A stretch of 64,000 bases of DNA from an uncultured Candidatus Saccharibacteria bacterium (GCA_964591445.1 CAZQAW010000002.1:67394-131393); one strand, 5' to 3'; shown: positions 35,475 to 45,896, counted from the stretch's first letter. Notes: generated from the sequence alone by a model not told the origin. Translations and numbers: made by a program.

Positions 35475-37151
35475 ATGAAACCTATCCCAGACGAACTATC
35501 TACATATACGCCGCTACTCGGCCGACTGCTTACAAACCGCGACATTGTCACTTTCAAAGACGCAGAACATTTTTTGAATCCTTCTTTTACGCGCGACTTG
35601 GCAGACCCGTTCGGTATTCACGATATGGAAAAGGCGACGGTGCGGATTTACGAAGCAATGGAAGCGAAAGAAAAAATTGTGGTTTTTGCGGATTATGATT
35701 GCGACGGCATTCCAGGTGCGGTGATTATGCATGACTTTTTTACAAAGCTTGGTTATGAGAACTTTGAAATATACATTCCCGACAGACATCACGAAGGATA
35801 TGGCTTGAGTATTCCCGCGATAGAAAAGTTTCGTGACAACGAAGTAAAATTAATTATTACCATCGATCTTGGAACTTCAAACGTCGAAGAAATCGCGCAA
35901 GCGGAAGCGTTTGGAATTGATGTTATAGTCACTGATCACCATTTACCGAAAACAGATGTGCCGCATGCGTACGCAATTGTGAATCCAAAACTAAGTCCTG
36001 ATTATAACGATATCATGCTCTGCGGTTCCGGAGTTGTATTTCGTCTTGTGCAAGCATTCCTTACAAAGTATCGTGAATACTACAAAGTCCAAGACGGATG
36101 GGAAAAATGGTTGCTCGACATGGCCGGCCTCGCAACGCTTTCAGACATGGTGCCGCTGGTCAAAGAAAACCGCGTGCTCGCATACTACGGCATGATGGTG
36201 TTGAAAAAAAGTCCACGACCTGGTTTGCTTCGCTTGCTTTATAAAATGAAAGTCGATCCGCGTACAATGACCGAAGACGATATTGCCTTTATGCTCACTC
36301 CGCGCATCAATGCTGCTTCGCGCATGGACAATCCGCTTCGCGCTTTCGAACTTCTTTCTACTCGCGATAGTGTGAAAGCGGGTGCACTTGCTGACCATTT
36401 GACAAACATAAATGACGAACGAAAAACACTGGTTGCAACGATCATGAAAGAAGCGCATCACACTTTGCGCGAGAGAGAAGAGAAGCATGTGATCGTCATT
36501 GGCAACCCAAAATGGCGCGTTGGTGTGCTTGGGCTTGTCGCTTCGAAGATTATGGAAGAATATAAAAAGCCGACATTTGTGTGGGGGCTTGAAGGTGCGA
36601 GCGTGATCAAAGGTTCGTGTCGAAGCGACGGCAGTGTGAACTTGGTGTCGCTTATGGCGCACATTCCAAAAGATTCACTTCTCGAATTCGGCGGGCATGA
36701 ACTTGCCGGAGGATTTTCTGTGAGTCACGAAAGCGTGCATTTTCTCGAAGAGCATCTTAGTGCAAGTTACACCGAAATAAAAAAAGAAGGAGCGATTGTT
36801 TCTGCAAATCCTATCGACATGCATTTGACGCTCGACGATGTGACGATGAAGAATTACAAAGACATTGCAAAGCTCGCACCGTTTGGTGTTGGGAATCCGA
36901 AGCCGACATTTCTGTTTGAAAATGTGATGATCCAAAACGTCAAAGAATTTGGGAAAGAGCAAAACCACCTTGAACTGTGTTTTGAAAATTCAAACAGCAG
37001 GCCGATCAAAGCGATAGCATTCTTTAAAACGCGCGCGTCCTACGGCCGCGCGCTTCAAAAAGGCGTTGCCATAAATCTTGTAGCAACCTTTGAACTTTCC
37101 AACTTTGCCGGCAGGGAAGAGCTGCGGCTACGCATAGTTGATATTTTATAA
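35475..37151 (+). CDS. recJ: single-stranded-DNA-specific exonuclease RecJ
   Basis: DHH motifs (DYDCDGIPGAVIMHDF; VTDHH) and DHHA1 domain (GGHELAGGFSV). Start at ATG 35475. Confidence 0.85.
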   Translation: MKPIPDELSTYTPLLGRLLTNRDIVTFKDAEHFLNPSFTRDLADPFGIHDMEKATVRIYEAMEAKEKIVVFADYDCDGIPGAVIMHDFFTKLGYENFEIYIPDRHHEGYGLSIPAIEKFRDNEVKLIITIDLGTSNVEEIAQAEAFGIDVIVTDHHLPKTDVPHAYAIVNPKLSPDYNDIMLCGSGVVFRLVQAFLTKYREYYKVQDGWEKWLLDMAGLATLSDMVPLVKENRVLAYYGMMVLKKSPRPGLLRLLYKMKVDPRTMTEDDIAFMLTPRINAASRMDNPLRAFELLSTRDSVKAGALADHLTNINDERKTLVATIMKEAHHTLREREEKHVIVIGNPKWRVGVLGLVASKIMEEYKKPTFVWGLEGASVIKGSCRSDGSVNLVSLMAHIPKDSLLEFGGHELAGGFSVSHESVHFLEEHLSASYTEIKKEGAIVSANPIDMHLTLDDVTMKNYKDIAKLAPFGVGNPKPTFLFENVMIQNVKEFGKEQNHLELCFENSNSRPIKAIAFFKTRASYGRALQKGVAINLVATFELSNFAGREELRLRIVDIL

Positions 37152-37200
37152 CCCCACCCCTCCGTCTCGGAATACCGAGCCACCTCCCCTTTAAAAGGGG
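37143..37200. repeat. family-B palindromic element copy downstream of recJ
   Basis: ACCCCACCCCTCCGTCTCGGAATACCGAGCCACCTCCCCTTTAAAAGGGGAGGAAAACACG; related to 12037..12110; hairpins CTCGG/CCGAG and CCTCCCC/GGGGAGG. Confidence 0.5.
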
Positions 37201-37300
37201 AGGAAAACACGAGTTCTTGACTTTTTATACAATATGGTGTAAAGTGTGGTCAAACGAATTTTAAAATAACAAATAATTAAACTAAAACAAATTTACAACA

Positions 37301-38230
37301 ATGAAAAGACTCATTATTCTCTTGGCGGTTATAGCGTCTACGCTTCCGTCTACGTCCAATGCTCAGTGTACTGGACTTGGTTTTACTGCTGGTGCTTCAC
37401 CGACTATCCCTTCTTGTATGCGTACAGGGGATACTACTAGTGTTTGGTTGTCCTGGTGTTCTGATGCTGGATATACTTATGACATTGTAAAGCCGGATGG
37501 AAGTTCAGAGGTTACTCAGTTACAGACAGGATTTTACACTTTGGGCTCGATTGGTGCCCAAACAGCCACGAAGTACAATGGTAACTGGAAAGTTAAAAAA
37601 TACTTCAACGGTAATCCTTTGCCTGTAGATAGTGGTGTGTGTACAATTGCTTACGCTGCACCTGCGGTATATGTTACACCTATGCCAAGCACACCAACGC
37701 CCGAAATCTATATTTGGCAATGCGCAACCATTACTGTTTCCCCTCAGTCACCCTGTTATACTTATCAGTGGCACAAGAAACAATCAAACGGAAGCTGGGC
37801 TATGATTTCTGGAGCAACAGGTCTAACTTATAAGACAAAACTCTTGGAATTAGGCACATTTGCTTGCGAAATTATCGATCAAACAGGCGGGCACAGCGTT
37901 TTTACTACCTACACGGTAACAATCAAACGCAAAAAACTGTTTTCTTGGTTCAGACAATCTGATCAAACACAAGACGATGTACCGATGTTTGAAGAAAAAC
38001 AGATAGCGGAACCGGAAATTGCTAAAATTCCATACTCACCTCGTGTGTATGACAAAGTCATTATTTATGATATAACTGGCAAAGAAATAGTACATTTTAC
38101 GAATATTTCATCAGATGTGAAAAATCATGAAATAATACAGAAATTGTCAGCCCGTCCAGGAATTTACTTTATATGCAAAATAAGCAACAATCAGGTTTTT
38201 GCAAAAGATAAAGTTATTAAGCAGCAATAA
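37301..38230 (+). CDS. secreted protein with T9SS-type C-terminal sorting-like domain
   Basis: Signal peptide MKRLIILLAVIASTLPSTSNA; C-terminus ...VYDKVIIYDITGKEIVHFTNIS...GIYFICKI matches Por-secretion C-terminal-domain consensus. Confidence 0.55.
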   Translation: MKRLIILLAVIASTLPSTSNAQCTGLGFTAGASPTIPSCMRTGDTTSVWLSWCSDAGYTYDIVKPDGSSEVTQLQTGFYTLGSIGAQTATKYNGNWKVKKYFNGNPLPVDSGVCTIAYAAPAVYVTPMPSTPTPEIYIWQCATITVSPQSPCYTYQWHKKQSNGSWAMISGATGLTYKTKLLELGTFACEIIDQTGGHSVFTTYTVTIKRKKLFSWFRQSDQTQDDVPMFEEKQIAEPEIAKIPYSPRVYDKVIIYDITGKEIVHFTNISSDVKNHEIIQKLSARPGIYFICKISNNQVFAKDKVIKQQ

Positions 38231-38263
38231 TTAATTTTTTCGTTCATCTTGTTTTGTTGAAAT

Positions 38264-38297
38264 AAAGCCCTCGATCAAATTGATCAGGGCTTTTTTT
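38264..38297 (+). terminator. rho-independent terminator
   Basis: AAAGCCCTCGATCAAATTGATCAGGGCTTT then TTTTTTT. Confidence 0.55.
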
Positions 38298-38447
38298 ATT
38301 TGTTTTTACTTTATGTTTACTTGAAGTTATACACACATTTTATATACACGCTTGTTGAGACATTGTATACTTATATCTAATGGAGGCGTCTGTATGTAAC
38401 GCCTCGTCCGTTATTTTATTAATTATTTTTTATAAGCGTATTCGTAT

Positions 38448-41400
38448 ATGAAAAAAAATACTTTCCTTGTCGGTTTGAGTGTTGTGGTGGTGTTCGTGCT
38501 CATCTTCAACATTTTCAAAACTGACAGTTTGCGTGGGATCTTGAAGCGTGTCGGCAATCGCGGCCAGCAGGCAGCGGTCAATAGCGTCCCGACGACGATC
38601 CCAGACTATTATTGGCGTTTCGAAGGCGGAATGACTCCAACCAACGGTTCTGGTAACTACCCGGTTACCGGTGGCTCCGTTGCTACTGGCTGTAGCGCAG
38701 CTGGCGGATGCTTAAACACGACTGTTTCAAGCGTTAACGGCACATTCCCAAGCATCGGCAGTGTAAGCAAGCTCTCGTACGAGTTCTTGTTTAAAGCTGG
38801 CCCACGCTTTGAAACGACTATTTTCTTCGATGATCGACCTTCTCAGACAGCATTCTCTGCCATGCTTGAATGGCCTGCCTCCGGTCTTACTATTCCGAAG
38901 CTCTGGTTCCAGGTCAACGGAGACCGACTTTCTGTCGATCTTACTGGTATTGGCCAGAAACGATGGGGGTATTTTGCCGATGGCAATTTCCACCACATGG
39001 TCTTTACTTATGATGGCGCGTCAGGAAAGCGCACTATCTACGTTGATGGAGTAAAATTTGCTGAAAAAACTGGCACTACAGGCAACGTAAACCTAAGTTC
39101 AAACAACCTTTACTCTGGAGGTCTTACGAGCTATGAACGTTTGAGTGGCTCTATAGATGAAGTCGCTATCTATAAAAATGTAGCTATCGACCCTCTTCTC
39201 GTCGCCCAGCACTACCAAGATGCGGTAGTAAACGGCGTTGCATACAATACAACAAACACCACAGTAGCAAACGTGCCAGCTGCACCTGCTTCAACTGCTG
39301 GTATCGATTCTTCTGAATATCCAGTTGGCTACCCTACTCCAGGATCTATGGCTTCTGCTACCACACAGTTGAAGTCATATCCGCTTCCTCGATACAAGCC
39401 AGGAAACACTCTTATGAAAAACGTTGACTGGATAGACGGTATGTATTTTGGAGGACGCTTCCAACCGGGCGTGTCTGATCCTCAAGCCGTGACGAACAGT
39501 ACAACTATCAAAGACGAACTTGCAAAGAACTGGAACTATGCGGTGATGATCAACTGGTCAAGCGGTAATGAATTCGTTCCTGCATGGAAGACGCTTATTA
39601 ACAACAATCCAAGTTACCAGTTTGATTTCACGACGCTTCGAGCGCAAGTCAACGGTGGTACAAAAATTACTAACCAAACTCTTCCAAATGATCGTTATTT
39701 CCAAAACGCATCAGGATCAGCTTTGGTCCCCGCTGGTTGCGGAACAGCGTCAGGTACAAAATATTGGCGTGCTGTTCCAAATTTTGAAGCAGACTATATG
39801 AGCGATGGTACTTCTGCGGCAGGGTGGGTAGCTGGCGCATTGTCAGGACTCAATGCCGACCGAAAGGTTCGTATCTTGAACGAAAACGGAGAAGTACATT
39901 TGTACTACACGAATGGTTGCGGATCTCAAGACCCTCTTATCGAATCAAGCCGTGCAGCTTATAACAGCGCAAACGGTACAAGCTTGACCACAAAGCAATA
40001 TATCGGCGAACAATATCGTCGAAGTATGCAGAACGAATATTTTACTCCAATCAAGAATGCAAGCCCGTCACGACTTACTGACACAAAGTTCACTTTGTAC
40101 CAGGTGTCTGGACGTGGAGAATATGCTTACGATTGGTCCACTGCTCGAAAAATCAACACCCCAATTAATGGCCAATACTACTCAACACTCGATTTCTACC
40201 AAGGTTTCTATGGAGCGACTGGACCAAACAACTGGGCAAACGGTGTTGGGGCAGGTAATGGACTCGGAGTATTTCTTGAAGCTCGCAAGAACGAAATTGC
40301 GCTTGGAGATAAACTCTTCTCTCCATTCGTAGCAGCAGGTTGGATGCATTCGAATATACATCCTTATACAAATACAACGTATTCTCAGACAGACGTCCGA
40401 CCTGGACAATGGCTTGGAATGCTCAAGCTTTTGGGTGCTATCGGTGCCGAATTTTATTACACAGGTTACTTTAACGAAGGTGGTAACTACCAGAACTGTA
40501 CGACATCTGGTGGTACATGCCCTGCTCTACCACAGACATATGCATGGCAAGCAGTCATGCCTTCATACGCACAAGGCGCAATGAGCCGAGCTGAAGATTT
40601 GCTTCGAGGCACACTCATTACAAACACTGCGGGTAACTTGCCGGCTGTGTACACTAACCCAACATCCAACGATGGCTTCTTGCTTGCAACAGGAGACAAG
40701 ACAGTTCCCGCATTCGCTCGACAAAGCGGTAGTAAATATTTGATCACCGCCGCGGTCATGCGCAACCACAATATGCAAGAGTCTGCCCAAGAACAGACAA
40801 AGAACGTGAATGTCACTGTCGGTGGAGACAACCTCCGTATCCAAGCTCGTCAACAAGGAAGCATGTACGTGTATGACAAATCAAACACGGCGGCGCCGAT
40901 CTTTTACCAGATCGACGGATGGCATGAACGTGCTCACCCAAGCTACTGGACTGGCGACTTTAGTATCGAAGCTGAAATGCCTGACTCTGGTACAGCACAG
41001 CTCGTCACATACGGCCCAGGTGTTGCTTCAAAAGATTTTACTCCTGGCAACTACACGACAGCCGTCAAGAATGCTTCAGGAACTCTTTCATACAATTTCC
41101 AACCTCGAAACGCTGCATCAAGTGGTACAGAAACGCGTTACCTCTGGTTCCGCGCAAACAACAACTCTACGACAGCTGCTTCAACGGGAAGCTTTGCTGT
41201 AGATTCTGGTGCTGCACAAACAGTAAGCTTGCCAGCAAATAGCGGCAACGTTTGGTGCAACAAGAACTCTGCTGGCCAAGTCATGGCGTTCTCTGTGAGT
41301 CAAAATGCAGACCATCAGTTGAAGTACACTGCATCAAATGCAAACCTTTATGTTGATCAGTTCGTCCTTACGACAAATCCAAACCTCGGACTTGGTACAT

Positions 41401-43631
41401 GTACCGGCGGCGCGGGAACTTCCGACACGATTCTACCCAGTATATCCATCACCTCGCCAACTACTAGCGCGACCTACTCTACTTCCACTCCTTCTATTAC
41501 TCTCTCTGGTAGCGCTTCTGACAATGTGGCTGTTACGTCGGTCGTCGCGGTAAACGCAGCAGCAGGCGCATCCGCAATCAGTATCAGCGGTACGACATCT
41601 TGGACCGGAAGTGTGTCACTTGTGTCCGGCTTGAACAGTCTTGTTGTGACAGCATACGATGCAGCTGGAAACCAAAAGCAAGCAACGCTTGATGTTACGT
41701 ACACACCAGCAGACACTGTTCTTCCAAACGTTTCTATTGTGGCACCGGTTGCTTCTGGTGGAACATATCTTGCAACTTCTAACTCCCTCACCACTCTTGC
41801 CGGCACCTCTTCCGACAACGTCGGAGTCACCCAAGTAACATGGGTCAACTCACTCGGCGGCTCTGGTACAGCAACAGGAACAACAAGCTGGTCTGTGCCT
41901 TCGATTGCGCTTTCCAACGGCTCTAACGTGATTACGGTCACAGCCAAAGATGCGGCAAACAATACGAAGACTGCAAGTATCACAGTAGTTCGAGATACGA
42001 CAGCCCCAACAGTTTCTGTCACAGTTCCTACAGCTGGTGCATCATTTACTGGCACAAGCCCTATCACTTTGACTGCAAATGCGACTGACAACGTAGCTAT
42101 CGACCATGTCGACTTCTACTATGGCTCAAACCAATTCATCGGCGGCGCGACAACTGTCACCGGTGGCAACTACACTCGCACATGGACACCAAGCACAAGC
42201 GGGTCTATCGGCCTTTACGCTATCGCATATGACACATCTGGAAATCCAAAGACTTCTGCAACAGTTACAATCTCTGTCAGTCTTTCAACTCCGGACACTA
42301 TCGCTCCGACAGTACAAATGTCTGCTCCGGCAGCTGGTGCAACAGTGTCTGGCACAGCGGTCACTCTTGGTGCAGTTGCAAGTGACAACACGGGTGTATC
42401 TTCTGTAGCATTCTACTTGGATGGAGTGGCGATCTCTGGCGCAATCGATACGACAGGCAACAATCCAAACACGAATGGCACCGGCATCACCGGCCAACTC
42501 TATGAAGCGGTATGGAATACATCTTCAGTTTCAAATGGAACACATACACTTTCTGCTCGAGCAACAGATGCGGCTGGTAATATCAAAAATTCATCGACAG
42601 TTTCGATCACGGTTTCAAATGTAGTCGGCCAACCAGATCTTATAGTTACAGATCTCAGCTGGACTCCGGCATCACCAGTTCTTGGTTCAGTTATTACATT
42701 TAGTGCAGTGGTGAAAAATGTAGGAAATGCAGCAACACCTGCAGGAAAAGTGACAAGCGTTACTTTCTACAACAACGAAGGCACTGTCATCGGTTGTGGT
42801 GACTCTTATACTCAGTCCATCGCAGCTGGCGCAAGCATTACGGTGACAGCTGGACAGACTTCATCTGTCACAAGCAACTGGTGTAACACTACTCTTGGCG
42901 GACAAATTCCTCCAACGTGGATTGCTACAGGTAGTGCATTTGAAGCACGAGCTGAAGTTGACGACATCAACCGTATTACTGAAAGCAATGAGACAAACAA
43001 CATGTTGACTACTGTATATAATCCTCCGGCAGATACGACTGCTCCAACTGTTGCTATCACTTCTCCGACAACGTCTGCAACATACAGTTCAACAAGTGCT
43101 ACACTTGCGAACCTTGCCGGCACCTCTTCCGACAACGTCGGAGTCACCCAAGTAACATGGGTCAACTCACTCGGCGGCTCTGGTACAGCAACAGGAACAA
43201 CAAGCTGGTCTGTGCCTTCGATTGCGCTGCTTAGTGGTACAAATGTGATTACAATCACTGCTTATGATGCATCAGGAAATACTGCAACCAAGCAGCTTGC
43301 AGTGTCATACGCAGTTGCATCAAGCGATACAGTTGCACCAACGGTCACTATTACGAGCCCGGCTAACAATGCCAATGTCTCAAACACTTCTAATACGACA
43401 TTTGTTGCCACAGCAACGGACAATGTCGGCGTAACTGAAGTGAAATTTTTTCTCGGGGGCACTACAACGGCAGCGAAATGCACTCTTTCTTCTCCTACTA
43501 CTGCACCTAGTACTTACACATGTTCGTTCAAAGTACCGTCCGTCTTCTTCGGATGGGGAACTTCGACCATAACAGTACAGGCAAAAGACGCAGCAGGAAA
43601 TACGAAAGTGACAAGCATCAAAGTTCGCTAA
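38448..43631 (+). CDS. giant (1727 aa) membrane-anchored adhesin-like protein: LamG/ConA-like domain, about 600-aa unassigned central domain, about 7 Ig-like repeats and a CARDB-like domain
   Basis: N-terminal TM; LamG-like block FHHMVFTYDGASGKRTIYVDGVKF...GSIDEVAIYK; repeated DTxAPTVxITSP...SDNVGVTxV Ig-like modules; CARDB-like PDLIVTDLSWTPASPVLGSVITFSAVVKNVGNAATP. Confidence 0.75.
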   Translation: MKKNTFLVGLSVVVVFVLIFNIFKTDSLRGILKRVGNRGQQAAVNSVPTTIPDYYWRFEGGMTPTNGSGNYPVTGGSVATGCSAAGGCLNTTVSSVNGTFPSIGSVSKLSYEFLFKAGPRFETTIFFDDRPSQTAFSAMLEWPASGLTIPKLWFQVNGDRLSVDLTGIGQKRWGYFADGNFHHMVFTYDGASGKRTIYVDGVKFAEKTGTTGNVNLSSNNLYSGGLTSYERLSGSIDEVAIYKNVAIDPLLVAQHYQDAVVNGVAYNTTNTTVANVPAAPASTAGIDSSEYPVGYPTPGSMASATTQLKSYPLPRYKPGNTLMKNVDWIDGMYFGGRFQPGVSDPQAVTNSTTIKDELAKNWNYAVMINWSSGNEFVPAWKTLINNNPSYQFDFTTLRAQVNGGTKITNQTLPNDRYFQNASGSALVPAGCGTASGTKYWRAVPNFEADYMSDGTSAAGWVAGALSGLNADRKVRILNENGEVHLYYTNGCGSQDPLIESSRAAYNSANGTSLTTKQYIGEQYRRSMQNEYFTPIKNASPSRLTDTKFTLYQVSGRGEYAYDWSTARKINTPINGQYYSTLDFYQGFYGATGPNNWANGVGAGNGLGVFLEARKNEIALGDKLFSPFVAAGWMHSNIHPYTNTTYSQTDVRPGQWLGMLKLLGAIGAEFYYTGYFNEGGNYQNCTTSGGTCPALPQTYAWQAVMPSYAQGAMSRAEDLLRGTLITNTAGNLPAVYTNPTSNDGFLLATGDKTVPAFARQSGSKYLITAAVMRNHNMQESAQEQTKNVNVTVGGDNLRIQARQQGSMYVYDKSNTAAPIFYQIDGWHERAHPSYWTGDFSIEAEMPDSGTAQLVTYGPGVASKDFTPGNYTTAVKNASGTLSYNFQPRNAASSGTETRYLWFRANNNSTTAASTGSFAVDSGAAQTVSLPANSGNVWCNKNSAGQVMAFSVSQNADHQLKYTASNANLYVDQFVLTTNPNLGLGTCTGGAGTSDTILPSISITSPTTSATYSTSTPSITLSGSASDNVAVTSVVAVNAAAGASAISISGTTSWTGSVSLVSGLNSLVVTAYDAAGNQKQATLDVTYTPADTVLPNVSIVAPVASGGTYLATSNSLTTLAGTSSDNVGVTQVTWVNSLGGSGTATGTTSWSVPSIALSNGSNVITVTAKDAANNTKTASITVVRDTTAPTVSVTVPTAGASFTGTSPITLTANATDNVAIDHVDFYYGSNQFIGGATTVTGGNYTRTWTPSTSGSIGLYAIAYDTSGNPKTSATVTISVSLSTPDTIAPTVQMSAPAAGATVSGTAVTLGAVASDNTGVSSVAFYLDGVAISGAIDTTGNNPNTNGTGITGQLYEAVWNTSSVSNGTHTLSARATDAAGNIKNSSTVSITVSNVVGQPDLIVTDLSWTPASPVLGSVITFSAVVKNVGNAATPAGKVTSVTFYNNEGTVIGCGDSYTQSIAAGASITVTAGQTSSVTSNWCNTTLGGQIPPTWIATGSAFEARAEVDDINRITESNETNNMLTTVYNPPADTTAPTVAITSPTTSATYSSTSATLANLAGTSSDNVGVTQVTWVNSLGGSGTATGTTSWSVPSIALLSGTNVITITAYDASGNTATKQLAVSYAVASSDTVAPTVTITSPANNANVSNTSNTTFVATATDNVGVTEVKFFLGGTTTAAKCTLSSPTTAPSTYTCSFKVPSVFFGWGTSTITVQAKDAAGNTKVTSIKVR
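41796..41911 (+). repeat. intragenic 116-nt exact duplication, copy 1
   Basis: CTTGCCGGCACCTCTTCCGACAACGTCGGAGTCACCCAAG...TCGATTGCGCT identical to 43113..43228 (encodes LAGTSSDNVGVTQVTWVNSLGGSGTATGTTSWSVPSIAL). Confidence 0.85.
43113..43228 (+). repeat. intragenic 116-nt exact duplication, copy 2
   Basis: Identical to 41796..41911 at nucleotide level. Confidence 0.85.
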
Positions 43632-43642
43632 ATAGTTTCCAC

Positions 43643-43668
43643 AAAAAACCGCCATTCGGCGGTTTTTT
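43643..43668 (+). terminator. rho-independent terminator
   Basis: AAAAAACCGCCATTCGGCGGTTTTTT. Confidence 0.65.
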
Positions 43669-43690
43669 GTTATCTTGGTATAATAAAGCC

Positions 43691-44422
43691 ATGCTACAGA
43701 ACAAAGTGGTCATCTATACCGACGGAAGCTCGCGCGGAAATCCTGGCAACGGTGGCTGGGGAGCAATTATTATCGACAATAAACACAACAAAGTGCTCGA
43801 GATCGGCGGCTCGGCAGCCCAGACAACGAACAATAAAATGGAACTTCAGGCGGCGATCCGCGCGCTTGGTCACAGAGACTTTTTGAAATCCGACATCGTT
43901 ATCCATTCGGACTCGGCATACGTGATCAACGGCAGCACCAAATGGATCCATGGTTGGAAGAACAACGGCTGGAAGACGTCGACCAAAGAGCCGGTATTGA
44001 ACGTAGAAGAATGGCAGAAGATCATGCACTTGCTTGCGACTCGCGGCGGCAAGGTTGAATGGGTGAAAGTGAAAGGCCATTCGGGTGAGAGCTTGAACGA
44101 GCGCGCAGACATTATTTGTACTTCATTTGCCGACGGGAAACCCGTGCCGCTTTTTGAGGGCAAGTATACTGACTACATGTCTCAAATAAAAAGCGATGAA
44201 AGTGCGGTAAAAAAAATCACTCCTCGCAAAAAAACCAAACATAATACCAAAGAAGCGTATTCGTATGTGTCGTTTGTTGGTGGTGTAATTAAAACAGATA
44301 AAGATTGGGCTACGTGCGAAAAACGTGTCAAAGGCAAGAAAGGCGCTCAGTACAAAAAAGTATTTTCAAAACAAGAAGAACAAGAGCTGATAGCTTTGTG
44401 GTCTTTAAAATCGCTTTTCTAA
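43691..44422 (+). CDS. rnhA: ribonuclease HI with a C-terminal hybrid-binding (caulimovirus VI-like) domain
   Basis: RNase H core VVIYTDGSSRGNPGNGGWGAII...NNKMELQAAIRAL...IHSDSAYV...HSGESLNERADI (DEDD). C-terminal YSYVSFVGGVIKTDKDWATCEKRVKGKKGAQYKKVFSKQEEQEL fits the Y..V..G...G....W..C...V.G..GA.YKKF pattern of the HBD. Start at ATG 43691. Confidence 0.8.
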   Translation: MLQNKVVIYTDGSSRGNPGNGGWGAIIIDNKHNKVLEIGGSAAQTTNNKMELQAAIRALGHRDFLKSDIVIHSDSAYVINGSTKWIHGWKNNGWKTSTKEPVLNVEEWQKIMHLLATRGGKVEWVKVKGHSGESLNERADIICTSFADGKPVPLFEGKYTDYMSQIKSDESAVKKITPRKKTKHNTKEAYSYVSFVGGVIKTDKDWATCEKRVKGKKGAQYKKVFSKQEEQELIALWSLKSLF

Positions 44423-44423
44423 T

Positions 44424-45896
44424 ATGCGCGATCGACTTCTCATTGCAGCGGTCGTTGGGTTTCTTTCTGGAATTTGTGCGCGTTCGTATGTGTTTGTTTC
44501 AATTCCGCTTGTTGGATTTATTTGTCTGCTAGGCGTTGTTTTGCTTGTTTCGTATTTTGTTTTCTATACACGCATGCGGATATTGTTTGCCTCGCTTTTT
44601 CTCATTTTTCTTTCGGTGGGTGTTGTGCGATTCCATATTTCCGATACGCCTCTTTATACATCAGATTTATTTTCAAGTGTAGATTCGCTTGTTGCAGTAG
44701 ACGGCAAGGTGGTCACCGATGTCGACACAAAAGAAAAAACTTCCGACTTTGTGCTCAAAGTAGGGAACGACAAAATCCTTGTCAAAGACGAAGTATTTTC
44801 AAAAGTTGAATACGGAGACATGGTGCATGTCGAGGGCATGCTCAAACTTCCGGAGAATTTTCTTGGCGACAACGGCAAAGCATTTGATTATGTAAACTAT
44901 CTTCGCAAAGACGGCATTGTATATATTGTTGAAAACGGGAACATAACTATACAAGAAAGTAACGGTGGATTTTTCTTGAAGCGATGGTTGTATAGCTTCA
45001 AGCATTTTCTCATGCATACTATCGACAAGCTCTTTACCATGCCAGAGTCCGGGCTTCTTTCTGGTGTGCTGCTTGGAACAAAAAGCTCTTTGGGTAATGA
45101 CTTGCGAGAGGAATTCATACAAACCGGAACGATACACATCGTCGCGCTTTCTGGTTACAACGTGACTATCATTGCCGAAGCGGTGATGGCATTGTTCACT
45201 CGAGTATTTCCGTTTTATGCGGGTATTGCCGGTGGTGCGGTTGGTATTATTTTGTTTGCACTTATGACCGGTGCCGGCTCGACTGTGGTACGAGCGGCAA
45301 TCATGGCTATTATGGTTTTGGTTGCAAAGGCGCTTGGGCGCGCGGCCGATGTCGGCCGCGCGCTGGTCTTTACCGCAGTTTCCATGATACTTTTCAATCC
45401 GTGGATCCTTGTCTATGATATATCATTCCAACTTTCATTTCTTGCAACTGTCGGCTTGGTGTATCTCACGCCAAAAGTGGAGCCGTATCTGAAACGTATT
45501 CCAGCAAAGTTTGGTTTCCGCACTATCATTGCTTCTACCATTGCCACGACGATATTTGTCATGCCGTTTATTGCTTACACCATGGGCAATTTCTCGCTTG
45601 TCGCAATTCCGGCAAACCTTTTCATCTTACCGCTTATGCCGCTTGTCATGCTTGTCGGCACGATTTCGCTTGCCGTTGGTGCGCTGTCATCTTTTATCGC
45701 ATTTCCAATTACGTTCATTTCATACGCGCTTCTTCATTATGTACTCGCAGTCATTCACTTTTTCGCCAAACTTCCATTCGCCTCAAAAACAATATCCCAC
45801 GTACCGCTTCTAGTCGTGGGAATTGTCTACGCTCTACTTTTGTACTATATGTTTAAGAAGCCGAAGCAAAGTTTGCTTCAATCACTTTCCAGTTAA
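44424..45896 (+). CDS. comEC: ComEC/Rec2 DNA-uptake channel protein, membrane (DUF4131 + competence) part only
   Basis: 490 aa; N-terminal OB-like DUF4131 region, then a polytopic competence domain (GTIHIVALSGYNVTIIAE...LSFLATVGLV); no MBL domain in this ORF. Confidence 0.8.
   Translation: MRDRLLIAAVVGFLSGICARSYVFVSIPLVGFICLLGVVLLVSYFVFYTRMRILFASLFLIFLSVGVVRFHISDTPLYTSDLFSSVDSLVAVDGKVVTDVDTKEKTSDFVLKVGNDKILVKDEVFSKVEYGDMVHVEGMLKLPENFLGDNGKAFDYVNYLRKDGIVYIVENGNITIQESNGGFFLKRWLYSFKHFLMHTIDKLFTMPESGLLSGVLLGTKSSLGNDLREEFIQTGTIHIVALSGYNVTIIAEAVMALFTRVFPFYAGIAGGAVGIILFALMTGAGSTVVRAAIMAIMVLVAKALGRAADVGRALVFTAVSMILFNPWILVYDISFQLSFLATVGLVYLTPKVEPYLKRIPAKFGFRTIIASTIATTIFVMPFIAYTMGNFSLVAIPANLFILPLMPLVMLVGTISLAVGALSSFIAFPITFISYALLHYVLAVIHFFAKLPFASKTISHVPLLVVGIVYALLLYYMFKKPKQSLLQSLSS

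Noticed and set aside
38448-43631. Diversity-generating retroelement (template/variable repeat pair) in the giant adhesin
   Set aside because: The two 116-nt repeat copies are identical rather than differing at adenines, both are intragenic, and no reverse-transcriptase gene is present anywhere in the window.
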